Positions 8,939-19,010 of a stretch of 64,000 nucleotides of DNA are shown here, piece after piece (within the stretch, counting starts at the first letter, position 1; each line of letters opens with the position of its first letter). The translations under genes and the position numbers were made by a program. Under the pieces are notes generated by a model. The model was given only the letters and a program-made list of their open reading frames with translations, was not told the origin of the DNA and ran no database searches. Source of the DNA: an uncultured archaeon (GTDB taxonomy: Archaea; Asgardarchaeota; Hermodarchaeia; Hermodarchaeales; Hermodarchaeaceae); assembly GCA_964347045.1 (NCBI GenBank), contig CAYFXC010000010.1, positions 21,988-85,987 of the forward strand, read 5' to 3'.

Positions 8939-10693
8939 ATGAGCCAGCAAACTCTAATTGACGCTAGTATGGGTCGGATCAAAGCGGATGTCGTTATTAC
9001 AGACGTTCAACCCATTGATGTTATCTCTCGAGAAATCCTCGAAGGTGGCATTGCAATCAAAGAAGATACTATTTGTCGTATTGGCGATGTTTCAGATCTC
9101 ATTGGAAATAAAACAAAGGTCATCAAGGGATTAGGCCGGTATGCAGCGCCTGCCTTTATCGAGTCACACATCCATGTCGAAAGTACTATGCTTACTTTAA
9201 CAGAGTTTGCACGCGCAACAATTCCCCATGGCACGGGAACAGCGATAATAGATCCCCATGAGATTGCTAACGTTACCGGAATTAGAGGACTAGAAATTTT
9301 CATGGAAGAAGCACGATCCCTTCCACTTCGAATCCTCATGGAAGTTCCTAGTTGTGTTCCTGCGGCTTCAACTAAACTAGAGACAAGCGGGGCTCGGTTA
9401 GACGCTTTCACAGTTGATCGACTACTCCAAGACCCTATGGTTATTGGACTCGGAGAAGTCATGAATATTTCTGCAGTATTGAACAACGATGAAGAAATCC
9501 ATTTGAAAATCCAATTTGCGCGTAGTCAAGGTAAAGTAGTCGAAGGACACGCCCCGGGATTGAAGGGGAAGAAACTCAACGCCTATATTGCTGCAGGCAT
9601 TATGTCGGACCATGAATGCGAGACAGCTGCAGAAGCGGTAGATCGTCTTCATTTGGGTATGACAGTAATGGCAAGAGAGGGATCCATTACTCGAAATATG
9701 TTGGATATTCTTCTTCCTCTCTACAAAGAAGGTCGGGATCTCCGAAATGCCACAATCTGTTCAGATGATTTATCACCTGTTGAATTAGCGGATATAGGCC
9801 ATCTTGACAGGAATCTTCGACGTGCAATTGACGCGGGTATAGATCCTTTAGTTGCGATACAACTCGTAACGTCAAATCCAGCGCGTTTCTTTAAGCTTCC
9901 ACGAGTTGGACATCTAGCCCCGGGGAATATGGGAGACATCGTTCTCATTGATGACCTAAAAAAAGTCAATGTAGATTTGGTTTTACTTCGAGGAAGAGTT
10001 GTTGCTAAAAAAGAACGATTAACTGTGAACCTTCCAAAGTTTGAGTACCCACAAGATATGAGAAGTACCATTCGATTTGGTGGTATTCCCACAGTACTCA
10101 ACTATATGATTTCCGCAAAAGATGGGAAACATAATGTTAGGGTCATTAGGGCTCATGAAGGAAGTCTATTAACAGATTCTGAGACTCATTTACTTGAAGC
10201 TGTAGATGGATATATTCAACCGGATCCAGATAGGGATATATTAACAATTGCTGTCACCGAACGATACATGAAAGGTGGTAATATCGGTGTGGGCTTCATA
10301 CGGGGTTTTGGATTGAAGCAAGGTGCAATCGCAAGTAGCATCGCCCATGACAGCCATAACATTATTACCGTCGCTACGACTCCAGAAGACGCTTTAATGG
10401 CCGTAAGTACTGTTTCACAAACTATGGGTGGGATTACAGCAACAAAAGGACGCAAAACACTTGCCTCTTTACCTTTACCGATTGCAGGTGTAATAACTGA
10501 CGAACCGGTTGACAAAGTTGCTCGGAAGCTTCAAGCCGTACGCGCAGCAGCACATGATCTTGGCTGTACACTTGAACATCCTTTCCTTACATTGAGTTTC
10601 ATGGCTCTCCCAGTGATTCCTACTTTGAAAATCACAGATAAAGGCATGGTCGATGCTAAAGAGATGAAAATCGTCCCCACCGTTATTGATTAA
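8939..10693 (+). CDS. ade: adenine deaminase (amidohydrolase superfamily)
   Basis: 584 aa. It has the metal-binding 'PAFIESHIHVESTML' and 'IIDPHEIANV'. Length and architecture are typical of Ade. Confidence 0.9.
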   Translation: MSQQTLIDASMGRIKADVVITDVQPIDVISREILEGGIAIKEDTICRIGDVSDLIGNKTKVIKGLGRYAAPAFIESHIHVESTMLTLTEFARATIPHGTGTAIIDPHEIANVTGIRGLEIFMEEARSLPLRILMEVPSCVPAASTKLETSGARLDAFTVDRLLQDPMVIGLGEVMNISAVLNNDEEIHLKIQFARSQGKVVEGHAPGLKGKKLNAYIAAGIMSDHECETAAEAVDRLHLGMTVMAREGSITRNMLDILLPLYKEGRDLRNATICSDDLSPVELADIGHLDRNLRRAIDAGIDPLVAIQLVTSNPARFFKLPRVGHLAPGNMGDIVLIDDLKKVNVDLVLLRGRVVAKKERLTVNLPKFEYPQDMRSTIRFGGIPTVLNYMISAKDGKHNVRVIRAHEGSLLTDSETHLLEAVDGYIQPDPDRDILTIAVTERYMKGGNIGVGFIRGFGLKQGAIASSIAHDSHNIITVATTPEDALMAVSTVSQTMGGITATKGRKTLASLPLPIAGVITDEPVDKVARKLQAVRAAAHDLGCTLEHPFLTLSFMALPVIPTLKITDKGMVDAKEMKIVPTVID

Positions 10694-10806
10694 GTGGCTT
10701 AGATTCTTGATAGAAGAAACTTTAGAAACTCACATTATGATTAACTGACTCCAAATGCTTTTTAGGCTCAATTCACAATCGACCATTAGACTGGAGGCAC
10801 ACTTTC

Positions 10807-11478
10807 ATGTCATGGACTCTTCTCCTTGCAAATCTTGCGCCCTTGTTCCTTGGCTTAGGTGCAATGGCAGCTTTCGCTTGGTTCCTAGACAACCTCATGG
10901 GTGAAACTTATCAACCCAGTAGAAGTGGAAAAAACGATGAAGAAGGTAAAGGTGAGCCCGAGCCGACTATTGATTGGCGACGGGGCATCGTTCGTCTTAT
11001 CGGACTTATCGGAATCCCTATGGGGATCTTATGCTTTGTTTCATTTGCAGCAATTCTACTCACTCCCGGCCAAAATCTTTGGGGAGATCCCCTAACCCTC
11101 TTTCTCTTGGCATGGATGGGTATTGCATTATTTCTTACACCTATTAACAAATTACCCTGGGCGGCACTTATTGGTTTAGCGGCGGGCTTGATTGCAGTTA
11201 TTGCCGTAGTAGCCTTGGCACCTTTTATCCCAGAAATCATTACCCAGCAAATACCACTCAAATATATCCTTATTGGGATATTCATTATAGTTGGAGTGGT
11301 TGTATTTACCCTCTTCAAGTGGGCGGAAAACGTCTTAGATTTAATCACGAGCATTATGGGTTCTCGACCCTTCTTACTAATCCTGACCTTCATTGCACTT
11401 GCTCAAGCTATCGCCCTTCCTGTTGTTTGGATTGTATTTGGTTCACATGGAGGACTTCTTTGGTTCTTCTTCCACTAA
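10807..11478 (+). CDS. polytopic membrane protein, function unknown
   Basis: 223 aa with 5-6 hydrophobic helices. The antisense 160-aa ORF has the low-complexity K/R/P/S composition typical of a membrane-gene shadow ORF. Confidence 0.6.
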   Translation: MSWTLLLANLAPLFLGLGAMAAFAWFLDNLMGETYQPSRSGKNDEEGKGEPEPTIDWRRGIVRLIGLIGIPMGILCFVSFAAILLTPGQNLWGDPLTLFLLAWMGIALFLTPINKLPWAALIGLAAGLIAVIAVVALAPFIPEIITQQIPLKYILIGIFIIVGVVVFTLFKWAENVLDLITSIMGSRPFLLILTFIALAQAIALPVVWIVFGSHGGLLWFFFH

Positions 11479-11487
11479 GTATCTACT

Positions 11488-12957
11488 TCAACCTTCGATG
11501 AAATACGCAGGTGGAAGAGGAATTGGTAGGAAGAAGAGGCGAAAGAGAAGATAGCCTGTTCCTATAAGCAAATATAATACGAACATGATAGCCCCTGTCC
11601 GTAGAAATGTTCCGTACGAAATTGGACGGTTCTCCTTATTTGCCACCGTCATTGTCATAACATTCGCAACACTTGCTATGGGAGTTAACGCCCCACCAAG
11701 AACTGCACCCGCAATAAGCGCTGACCAAATTGCTCCACCAGGATTACTACCTAAGGAAAGTTGGAATTGGGTTAAAGAATCAGCAACCGGTATCAGAGTG
11801 GCTGTTACTGGAATATTATCTATAGCTCCACTAGTAAATCCTGTCATCCAAAGCATTGAAATTGTAGCCGCTGCTGGACTTCCCTGAGTGAGAACTGAAA
11901 TGGCAGCTCCAATATATGTCAAGACCCAAAACTCCTCCATACATCCAACGATGATGAACAACCCAATAAAGAAGAAAAGGGCAGTCCATTCTACCCCTTT
12001 GAAAATCCGTTCTGTAGGAATTCCACTTAATAGCACAAAAAGTATTGCCATTACAAAAGCAACAACCCAAGTAAAGCCAGCGCCACCAAACACTATAAAC
12101 CCAACAATCATAGCTACAAAGAGGATTGCAGTGCGGTAGAAGACATTCCGATCCTCAACCATCGTCCACGCATCGAGAGCCATCAAATCATTAACTCGAC
12201 TGGGGCGAGGAGTTGTTAACCACTTTCGAAATATACGGAGTGCGACAAAACCGGTTACCCCCAACAGCATTAATCCTAAGGGAAGAAGCGTTGTAGCAAA
12301 CCAAATGAAATCATAGAAAGTTGCTCCAGCCACGAGCATGCAGGGTACACTAGCAATTACTGTCGTGATTCCCCCTGCGTTACCGCTCATGGCATTAGCG
12401 ATAAGATATGGTGTGGGATTTTGTTCCAAGGCATCACAGGCTAGGATGGTTAATGGTCCAATTATTAGTACGGTTGTCGCCAGCACTGTAGACATAGCAA
12501 AAGTTATTCCACAGAAAATTAAGAGAAGCCTCCGAGGGGAACCTTTACTAAAACTGAGGGCTTTCACGGCAATGAATTGAAACAGCCCTGAATCTTTCGC
12601 AATCTCGGTAATGACCATTAGGGAGAGAATTACGATGATGGTTGAAAGGTCAACCCATTCACCAAAAAAGTGAGCAAAGACCTCGGCATTAAAAACTACT
12701 GGTAATAGTTGATAGGTTAATGCTAATTCCGTGAAGTGCGCATATTCTGCGCTGTCGGGGAGGAAGTTGTTTGCTAGGTCTGTATAGATTTGTATTTGTG
12801 AGATTCGCCAAGGTTCCCAAATTTGAACAAAATAAATAATGGTGATAGAGGCACCAATTAGGGCGGCAATTGTGTGGTCTGTCACATCGAATGTAATCAT
12901 TATAATGACCGCGATAAAGACGAGAATGATAAAAACAGCTGGATAGATCATGATCAT
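11488..12957 (-). CDS. ArsB/NhaD/CitMHS-superfamily ion transporter (paralog 1)
   Basis: 489 aa, polytopic. It aligns by eye along its whole length with the neighbouring ORF 13073-14461 (e.g. 'YPAVF..DHT.AALIGA.I.I.Y', 'ITE..KDSG.FQ.IA.K', 'SG..DNIPVT.T.IPV'). Confidence 0.75.
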   Translation of the reverse strand: MIMIYPAVFIILVFIAVIIMITFDVTDHTIAALIGASITIIYFVQIWEPWRISQIQIYTDLANNFLPDSAEYAHFTELALTYQLLPVVFNAEVFAHFFGEWVDLSTIIVILSLMVITEIAKDSGLFQFIAVKALSFSKGSPRRLLLIFCGITFAMSTVLATTVLIIGPLTILACDALEQNPTPYLIANAMSGNAGGITTVIASVPCMLVAGATFYDFIWFATTLLPLGLMLLGVTGFVALRIFRKWLTTPRPSRVNDLMALDAWTMVEDRNVFYRTAILFVAMIVGFIVFGGAGFTWVVAFVMAILFVLLSGIPTERIFKGVEWTALFFFIGLFIIVGCMEEFWVLTYIGAAISVLTQGSPAAATISMLWMTGFTSGAIDNIPVTATLIPVADSLTQFQLSLGSNPGGAIWSALIAGAVLGGALTPIASVANVMTMTVANKENRPISYGTFLRTGAIMFVLYLLIGTGYLLFRLFFLPIPLPPAYFIEG

Positions 12958-13072
12958 TTTGTATCGCCTAACTCGCGGAGCTTTAACTCGTTATCACTAT
13001 GTACATCTTTGGTTAATTTAGGGGCAGTTGGCAAATAAGCTTTTCACTAGTTAATTCCTTTACAAAATTACG

Positions 13073-14461
13073 CTAAGAAACAAATGGTGCGGGGATTGGG
13101 AAAATAGAGAGCCGAAAGAGCAGATATAGTGTGCTGAAAAAGAGAAATAGCAGCGTTAGAATAACTCCTGTGATAAGGAATTGTCGTTTTGGTAGAGGCC
13201 GTTCTTCTTTATCAGCAATAGATACTGCAAGAACATTTGCCGCACTAGCAATAGGAGTGAGACAGCCCCCCAGAACCGCACCAGCTAGCAATGAAGCCCA
13301 AAGGCTTCCTTCTGGAATTGGTAATGGTCCCATTGTAAGAATTTCAACAACAGGAATGAAAGTTAGGGTTACAGGTATATTATCAACAAACCCAGATGTA
13401 AGCCCTGAAATCCAAACCATTAATGTTGTAGCAATGAAAGGGCTGCCAAAGGTCAGAAGCGCAAGGACATGACCAATAGCGTCTAGAACGCGAAATTCTT
13501 CAAGAAGACCAACGAGAAAGAATAGACCAATGAAAAAAAAGAGCGCTGACCATTCAATTTCCTTTAAGATTTGACCTGGTCGAATACCACTCAAAACAAC
13601 AAAAAGGAGCGCACCCCCCAAAGCAACTAAAAACGTTAGACCTGCAGATCCCAATACAATAAAACCGACTACAATAAGAATCAGCAGAAAGGCTGTTCGG
13701 TAAAAAACCATTCGATTTGGAACCATCTCCCAGGGATCCAATTCCATCAGATCTTCAACACGTGATTGTTTTGGAATGATTAAGTCTTTTTTAAAAAGCC
13801 GTAACACTACAAAGAGCATAATTGCTAGGAGAAGCAACCCAAGGGGCATTATATCGAGGATAAACCATTGAAAGTTGTATAAAGTTGCTCCAGCGATGAG
13901 CATCGCAGGTACACTAGCAATCAGAGATGTAATTCCTCCAACGTTTGCTGCTAAGGCGATTGAAATAAGAAATGGCGCAGGATTGATCTCTAAAGCGTCA
14001 CAGGCAAGAAAAGTCAATGTACCCATAATTAACATAGTGGTTATTTGTGTAAGTACTGTAGTCATTGCGAAGCTTAGACCACACATAATGACAAGAAGTC
14101 TTCGAGTATCTCCACGACTGAATTTTATTGATTTAATCGCGATATATTGAAAGAATCCAGAATCTTTGGTCACTTCAGTGATAATCATCATCGAAAGAAT
14201 TAGAATTAGAGTAGGCAGATCTACCCATTTATTAAAAAAGTAAGCGAATACTATCGCGTTAAAGGTGGGCGGTAAAAGGTCATAATTTGCACCCGGATCA
14301 ACAGTAATAATGATTTCGCGCCAAGAGGACCAGATAATTGCTAAATAAAAGATCGCAATAGTCGCTCCAATCAGGGCGGCAGCAGTGTGATCAATCACAT
14401 CCATCATTATCAGGAGTATAATTGCAACGAACAAAACAATTGCAAAAACTGCAGGATACAT
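13073..14461 (-). CDS. ArsB/NhaD/CitMHS-superfamily ion transporter (paralog 2)
   Basis: 462 aa. It is a tandem paralog of 11488-12957. Confidence 0.75.
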   Translation of the reverse strand: MYPAVFAIVLFVAIILLIMMDVIDHTAAALIGATIAIFYLAIIWSSWREIIITVDPGANYDLLPPTFNAIVFAYFFNKWVDLPTLILILSMMIITEVTKDSGFFQYIAIKSIKFSRGDTRRLLVIMCGLSFAMTTVLTQITTMLIMGTLTFLACDALEINPAPFLISIALAANVGGITSLIASVPAMLIAGATLYNFQWFILDIMPLGLLLLAIMLFVVLRLFKKDLIIPKQSRVEDLMELDPWEMVPNRMVFYRTAFLLILIVVGFIVLGSAGLTFLVALGGALLFVVLSGIRPGQILKEIEWSALFFFIGLFFLVGLLEEFRVLDAIGHVLALLTFGSPFIATTLMVWISGLTSGFVDNIPVTLTFIPVVEILTMGPLPIPEGSLWASLLAGAVLGGCLTPIASAANVLAVSIADKEERPLPKRQFLITGVILTLLFLFFSTLYLLFRLSIFPIPAPFVS

Positions 14462-14482
14462 ATTCGGAACCTTTCACCCCTA

Positions 14483-15301
14483 TCAAAGCGAATTACTGAA
14501 CTCAGCAATAGCTTCTACAAGTTCTTCAGGTTGTTCCAGTTGGATACTATGGCTGGTCTTATCGATGAGTTTGATGGAAACGTTGGGCAAATTTTCTTTG
14601 TAAAAGTCAGCCCAACGTGGTGGAAAAGTTTTGTCCTGAGCACCAAAGATTACTAACGTTGGGAGATGAATTTCATTGATCCGATCTTGAACATTAAATT
14701 TTGCTGCAGCTCCTTGCGCACTCCCATGACTATTTGCAAGACGTTGACTTTCTTCAGCATGAAAAACCAGAAAATCTACCATTCCAGGGGTATTTCGGAT
14801 TTTCTCTGAATTGTAGAATTCAAAATCGAGGAGCTTCATAACTGCTTCTTTGGGTGTGAGCCCATAGGCTAGTTTGCCAAGTTCAATTTGGGCTATAGCA
14901 CCTTCAACATCTACCATTGGTGCAGTTGCAATTAGAATTAATCCCTTGAGACGATCAGGCACATCAAGTGCCATTTGTTGGGCAATAAATCCACCTAAAC
15001 TATGCCCTGCAACTATGGACTGCTCGATTTCAAGATGATCAAGGAGTGCAACCATATCGTCTTTGAAAAGTTCAACTGTACTTGGTTCGGTAAGTTCAGT
15101 CGAGTGACCATGTCCACGAATTTCGGGCATGATAGTTTGGAAATGATTTCGGATATGTGGACGAACGAACTCCCAATTTCGAATTGTTCCACGAACTCCA
15201 TGGATAAGAAGCAATGGTTCACCGTCTCCATCAATTTCATAATAGATTTTCGCAGCATTTACTTCAGCATAGGGCATCGAATTTACCTCCTGAAACAACA
15301 A
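14483..15301 (-). CDS. alpha/beta-fold hydrolase
   Basis: It has the nucleophile elbow 'GHSLGG' and the N-terminal 'LLLIHGVRG'. The likely start is the Met of 'MPYAEVN' at 15277. Confidence 0.85.
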   Translation of the reverse strand: MLFQEVNSMPYAEVNAAKIYYEIDGDGEPLLLIHGVRGTIRNWEFVRPHIRNHFQTIMPEIRGHGHSTELTEPSTVELFKDDMVALLDHLEIEQSIVAGHSLGGFIAQQMALDVPDRLKGLILIATAPMVDVEGAIAQIELGKLAYGLTPKEAVMKLLDFEFYNSEKIRNTPGMVDFLVFHAEESQRLANSHGSAQGAAAKFNVQDRINEIHLPTLVIFGAQDKTFPPRWADFYKENLPNVSIKLIDKTSHSIQLEQPEELVEAIAEFSNSL

Positions 15302-15512
15302 ACCAATTAGAGCTAAAGTGCATTTTCATTATTTATTAATATTCAACCCAAGGGAAGAGATTAGACGCAGTCTTATGTTGCTAATATTTGGTCCTAAAAA
15401 CTCGTCATTTTCACGAAATTTTAGCACGCATATTCGTTGCCGAAAAAGCAAATCCTAATAACATTTGATTTGTCAAATTTTAATAAGACAGAACATCAAT
15501 CATTGAAAATAC

Positions 15513-16079
15513 GTGATTGAATTCTGCATATTCTGGAGGTTCCAGCTAGTGCAATACATCATTTTCGGTTTCTGGCCAATTATTATAATCTTGATTAACA
15601 TTATTTTGCTGGCGGTCTGTATTGTATGTGTAGCAGTCCAAGATAGACGTCATTCACGTCCCCGGGCTTATGTACGAGCAAGTGCACGAGATCCCTGGCA
15701 ACCTGTCACCGAAATCCACGAAAAAGAGCCAATATGGGAACCCTCAGAATATCAGGTTGATGTTTTGGTGTGTACATGTGGAAAATGGAATCCTCCGCAC
15801 GAGTCCGTTTGTTGGAATTGCAACGCTTCCTTGATAGATGTACAAACTCAAACGTATCATTTTGAAACTGTTGAGAGATGTGCTGTCTGTGGTTATTGGG
15901 TATGGCCTGGTGAACAGTTAATTTTATGCCCATCATGTCATGCTCAAGGGCATCGAGTTCATATGCTGGAGTTTTTAAAAGCTAAAGGAATATGTCCGGT
16001 ATGTAAGGTTAGAATGAGTTCACATCAACTACTCGATGCTGAACCAAAGATACCGGACGATCCCTCAAGTATTTTTTAA
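15513..16079 (+). CDS. membrane-anchored protein with an NZF/RanBP2-like zinc ribbon and a RING/PHD-like cross-brace zinc finger
   Basis: The N-terminal TM helix is 'IIFGFWPIIIILINIILLAVCIVCVAV'. The zinc ribbon is C87-x-C89-x3-N-x6-C100-x2-C103. The cross-brace is C123-x2-C126-x12-C139-x2-C142-x4-H147-x2-H150-x10-C161-x2-C164. Confidence 0.7.
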   Translation: MIEFCIFWRFQLVQYIIFGFWPIIIILINIILLAVCIVCVAVQDRRHSRPRAYVRASARDPWQPVTEIHEKEPIWEPSEYQVDVLVCTCGKWNPPHESVCWNCNASLIDVQTQTYHFETVERCAVCGYWVWPGEQLILCPSCHAQGHRVHMLEFLKAKGICPVCKVRMSSHQLLDAEPKIPDDPSSIF

Positions 16080-16095
16080 AATAAATCAAGCAGAG

Positions 16096-17292
16096 CTAAA
16101 GAAAAATCGTTTTTGGCAACTTAGTAATGGTTCGGGCACCTTTCTTTGTCACAATTATATCATTTTCGATTCGAATTCCACCGACTTTCTTATAATAGAG
16201 GGCAGGTTCAACAGCGATAACGGCACCCGGCCTAATCGGGGTAGGTCGAAGAGCAAGTTTAGGATATTCATGAACAGCGAGACCAATACCATGCCCCAAA
16301 GAATGTAACATACCTTCTGTAATCTCAGGTGTCCGGTTGGCAGAAGCATGACCATTTCGCTCAAACGAATCGACCATAACATTAACAAGCTCTTCTGCGG
16401 TTGCACCAGCTGTTACCGCATCAGTTACAGCATCCAATACTGATTCAACAGCCTCAAATAATTTCAGAGCTTCTTTAGAGACTTGCCCCCGAACGATAGT
16501 TCGTGTAATATCCGCATGATAACGTTCTTCGATTCGCCGGGGGAAAATATCGATAATGATAGGTTCGTTAGCATAGAGTAAATCATCGCGTAAACCAAGA
16601 TAGTGAAAATCAGCACCCTTGCGTCCTGAGACAACAATTGAGTCCTCACTATTTTCCGAACCATTATCAACTAATGAATGTTCGATTTTCTGTTTAAGTC
16701 GTCCCACTGTAAGCGGTGCATTCTGAAAAAATAGCACCTTCTTAGAACCTATATCAGTATTCTGTAAAACCTCAACAACTTGTTTGAAGGTTGCTTCCGT
16801 CGCACGGCTTGCTTCTTCAATAGCTTTGATTTCCATATCATTCTTTGTTTCTCGAGCTTCAAAAAACAGATCTTGGACTGGTTGGATATTTACACCCAAC
16901 TTTTGCATAAAATGAATATGAAGAGCATCTGTATCACGAGGAACACCCACCACACCATTCTCGGGAAGAAGGTTTTTCTCCAATTCAACCATTACTCGTT
17001 TGACATACTCATTAGATGATACGCGATCCTGAATAGATTTATTGAGGGTTGGACTGAGACTATAAAATTCCTTTTGAGGAGAATACCTTTTTGCGCGTTC
17101 ACAAACCATATCTGGTGCCGCTAAAATTCCTGGCTGATTGAGTAATTTAACAAAGTACAAATCATCTACTGTAAGAAACCGACTCATATAGTAAAGATCA
17201 GGTTTCAATAGACTTTTACCTTGAAGATATAGAGCCTCAACTTCATATTTTTCCATTAAACCATCGATATCATCAAGCAATTTGGGATTCAC
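16096..17292 (-). CDS. M24B-family Xaa-Pro aminopeptidase/dipeptidase
   Basis: 398 aa. It shows the pita-bread fold motifs 'DITRT', 'HSLGHGIGLAVHEYP' and 'VIAVEPALY...GIRIEND'. Confidence 0.9.
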   Translation of the reverse strand: MNPKLLDDIDGLMEKYEVEALYLQGKSLLKPDLYYMSRFLTVDDLYFVKLLNQPGILAAPDMVCERAKRYSPQKEFYSLSPTLNKSIQDRVSSNEYVKRVMVELEKNLLPENGVVGVPRDTDALHIHFMQKLGVNIQPVQDLFFEARETKNDMEIKAIEEASRATEATFKQVVEVLQNTDIGSKKVLFFQNAPLTVGRLKQKIEHSLVDNGSENSEDSIVVSGRKGADFHYLGLRDDLLYANEPIIIDIFPRRIEERYHADITRTIVRGQVSKEALKLFEAVESVLDAVTDAVTAGATAEELVNVMVDSFERNGHASANRTPEITEGMLHSLGHGIGLAVHEYPKLALRPTPIRPGAVIAVEPALYYKKVGGIRIENDIIVTKKGARTITKLPKTIFL

Positions 17293-17517
17293 CTCTTGGC
17301 CCAGGTAATGATTGGTGGCGTTTTGTACAAGTTCACACCTTAAATCTTCTGATATTTCACGTTGAGCTTAAGTATGTGAATTTCACAGATTCTAGCGTAT
17401 TGGCTTTTGCATAATACCTAAGTACCCTTGGTCATGGGTGATGTGACTAGAATTCTGGTCACAATATTGCAGATAACATATCTGAACTGACCACACCAAC
17501 ACTTTACAGTGAAATAG

Positions 17518-18978
17518 ATGAATGATGATCCTTCACCCACCAACACAGATGGTGCCTCATCTGGGGCACCAGTTGATCCCCTTCCAAGAGAAATAGAACC
17601 GGCCCCTGAGGTTCCACCACCAGAAAAAAGGGACAAACCGAAAAAAGGGTTCGCATCATCACTGAAATCCGTGCTCACCTATGGAAGTTATTCGGTGTAT
17701 TTAGTTACGGCCTGGATACTGGGCGTATTTGGCATCATTATGCAAAGCTATCTGATGCTGTTTCTCAGAGATTATTTCGTGCTCTATATTCCCCAAATTG
17801 AACAGGTCTATATTTTCATCGGCTTCATTCTTCTGGGATATATGTCAGTAGAACTTGTGGTCAGATTCTTTGGTGGATACATTGGTGACAACTACAATCG
17901 TAAATGGCTCTCAGTTTTCACCATGTTTTTCTCTGGAATAGCAATGCTTATCCTCGCGTTCAGCACCGGTCTCATTGGATTAATCGCAGGTTCATTAATT
18001 ATTGCGGGTTCATCGATATTTTCAAGTGGTTCGACGAGCTATATTTACGAACAAATAGAACCCCAACATAGCGGACTCGCAATGGGTCTATTTCAAACTA
18101 GTAGTGGCTTTGGACTGATTGGACTTGGATTGGTCACATGGTTACTTGCAACTAGCATCCCCTTTGTTATCACAATTCAGATTGTGTTCTTTATCGGCTC
18201 AATGTGCTATATGGCAGCGGCTGTAATCCGGGTGTTGTTTCTTGCTGAACCTCGACCAATTTTGCGGAAAGCTAAAGAAACCAACAGAGCCCGAGATTTT
18301 ATCAAACAGAACTCCAACGCCCTCAAGCTAATTTGGGTAATCTTACCAGTTTTTTCAATTGTACTCATTCTTGATGCCCTAAGTGACGGTTTTTTCCGAT
18401 TTGTAAGCACCTTCTACCTAAATGAGGCACTGGGCTTTTCAATCGGTGAAATTAGCATTATGCTAATATTTGTCTTGGCATTTTCCATCCCTCTTTCAGT
18501 TTGGGTGGGCTCTTTCTTTGATAGACGCGGGAGCCGACGAGCGGTAATCGTGGTATATAGTGTGATGCCAATTACGCTTGTGTTACTCATCCTTGCCCCA
18601 CTTTTCCCTTTTTGGCTTCCCATCATTATTGCAGCACCTTTAATCTCAACTTATCCCATCCTTGAGCCACTATTTAGCACAGCGTTTCTAGCTTTGGCAA
18701 TGAAAAATATAAACGATATTCTTTGGTGGACCCTTATTCTAACCTATCTTCGCAAGGCAATGCCACGATCTGAAACAGCAAAAATGATTAGCATCTTTTT
18801 CATTGTGATTTTCTTAGCTTTCCTTGTTACGCCCATTCCCTCAGGAATCATATACACAATTTATGGAGCGCTCCCAATACTAGGTCTTTCATTACTTTTC
18901 AATTTCATAATCCTTGGTATCTTGGTATTTGGTAAAGTTGAACCGAAACCAATTCCTGAAGAATATCAAAGCATGTGA
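17518..18978 (+). CDS. MFS-type transporter with a Pro-rich N-terminal extension
   Basis: 486 aa with about 12 hydrophobic helices. The N-terminal ~45 aa are Pro/acidic-rich. Confidence 0.7.
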   Translation: MNDDPSPTNTDGASSGAPVDPLPREIEPAPEVPPPEKRDKPKKGFASSLKSVLTYGSYSVYLVTAWILGVFGIIMQSYLMLFLRDYFVLYIPQIEQVYIFIGFILLGYMSVELVVRFFGGYIGDNYNRKWLSVFTMFFSGIAMLILAFSTGLIGLIAGSLIIAGSSIFSSGSTSYIYEQIEPQHSGLAMGLFQTSSGFGLIGLGLVTWLLATSIPFVITIQIVFFIGSMCYMAAAVIRVLFLAEPRPILRKAKETNRARDFIKQNSNALKLIWVILPVFSIVLILDALSDGFFRFVSTFYLNEALGFSIGEISIMLIFVLAFSIPLSVWVGSFFDRRGSRRAVIVVYSVMPITLVLLILAPLFPFWLPIIIAAPLISTYPILEPLFSTAFLALAMKNINDILWWTLILTYLRKAMPRSETAKMISIFFIVIFLAFLVTPIPSGIIYTIYGALPILGLSLLFNFIILGILVFGKVEPKPIPEEYQSM

Positions 18979-19010
18979 CTGCCAAAATTAGAGAGTAATC
19001 GAGACTAATC

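Noticed and set aside
9007-9486. 159-aa minus-strand ORF inside the adenine deaminase gene
   Set aside because: It is entirely antisense to a strongly supported CDS. The translation is S/R/P-rich and low in complexity, and it has no recognisable motif.
10911-11393. 160-aa minus-strand ORF opposite the 10807-11478 membrane protein
   Set aside because: It has the K/R/P/I-rich composition typical of the antisense frame of a hydrophobic gene. The plus-strand product has coherent TM helices.
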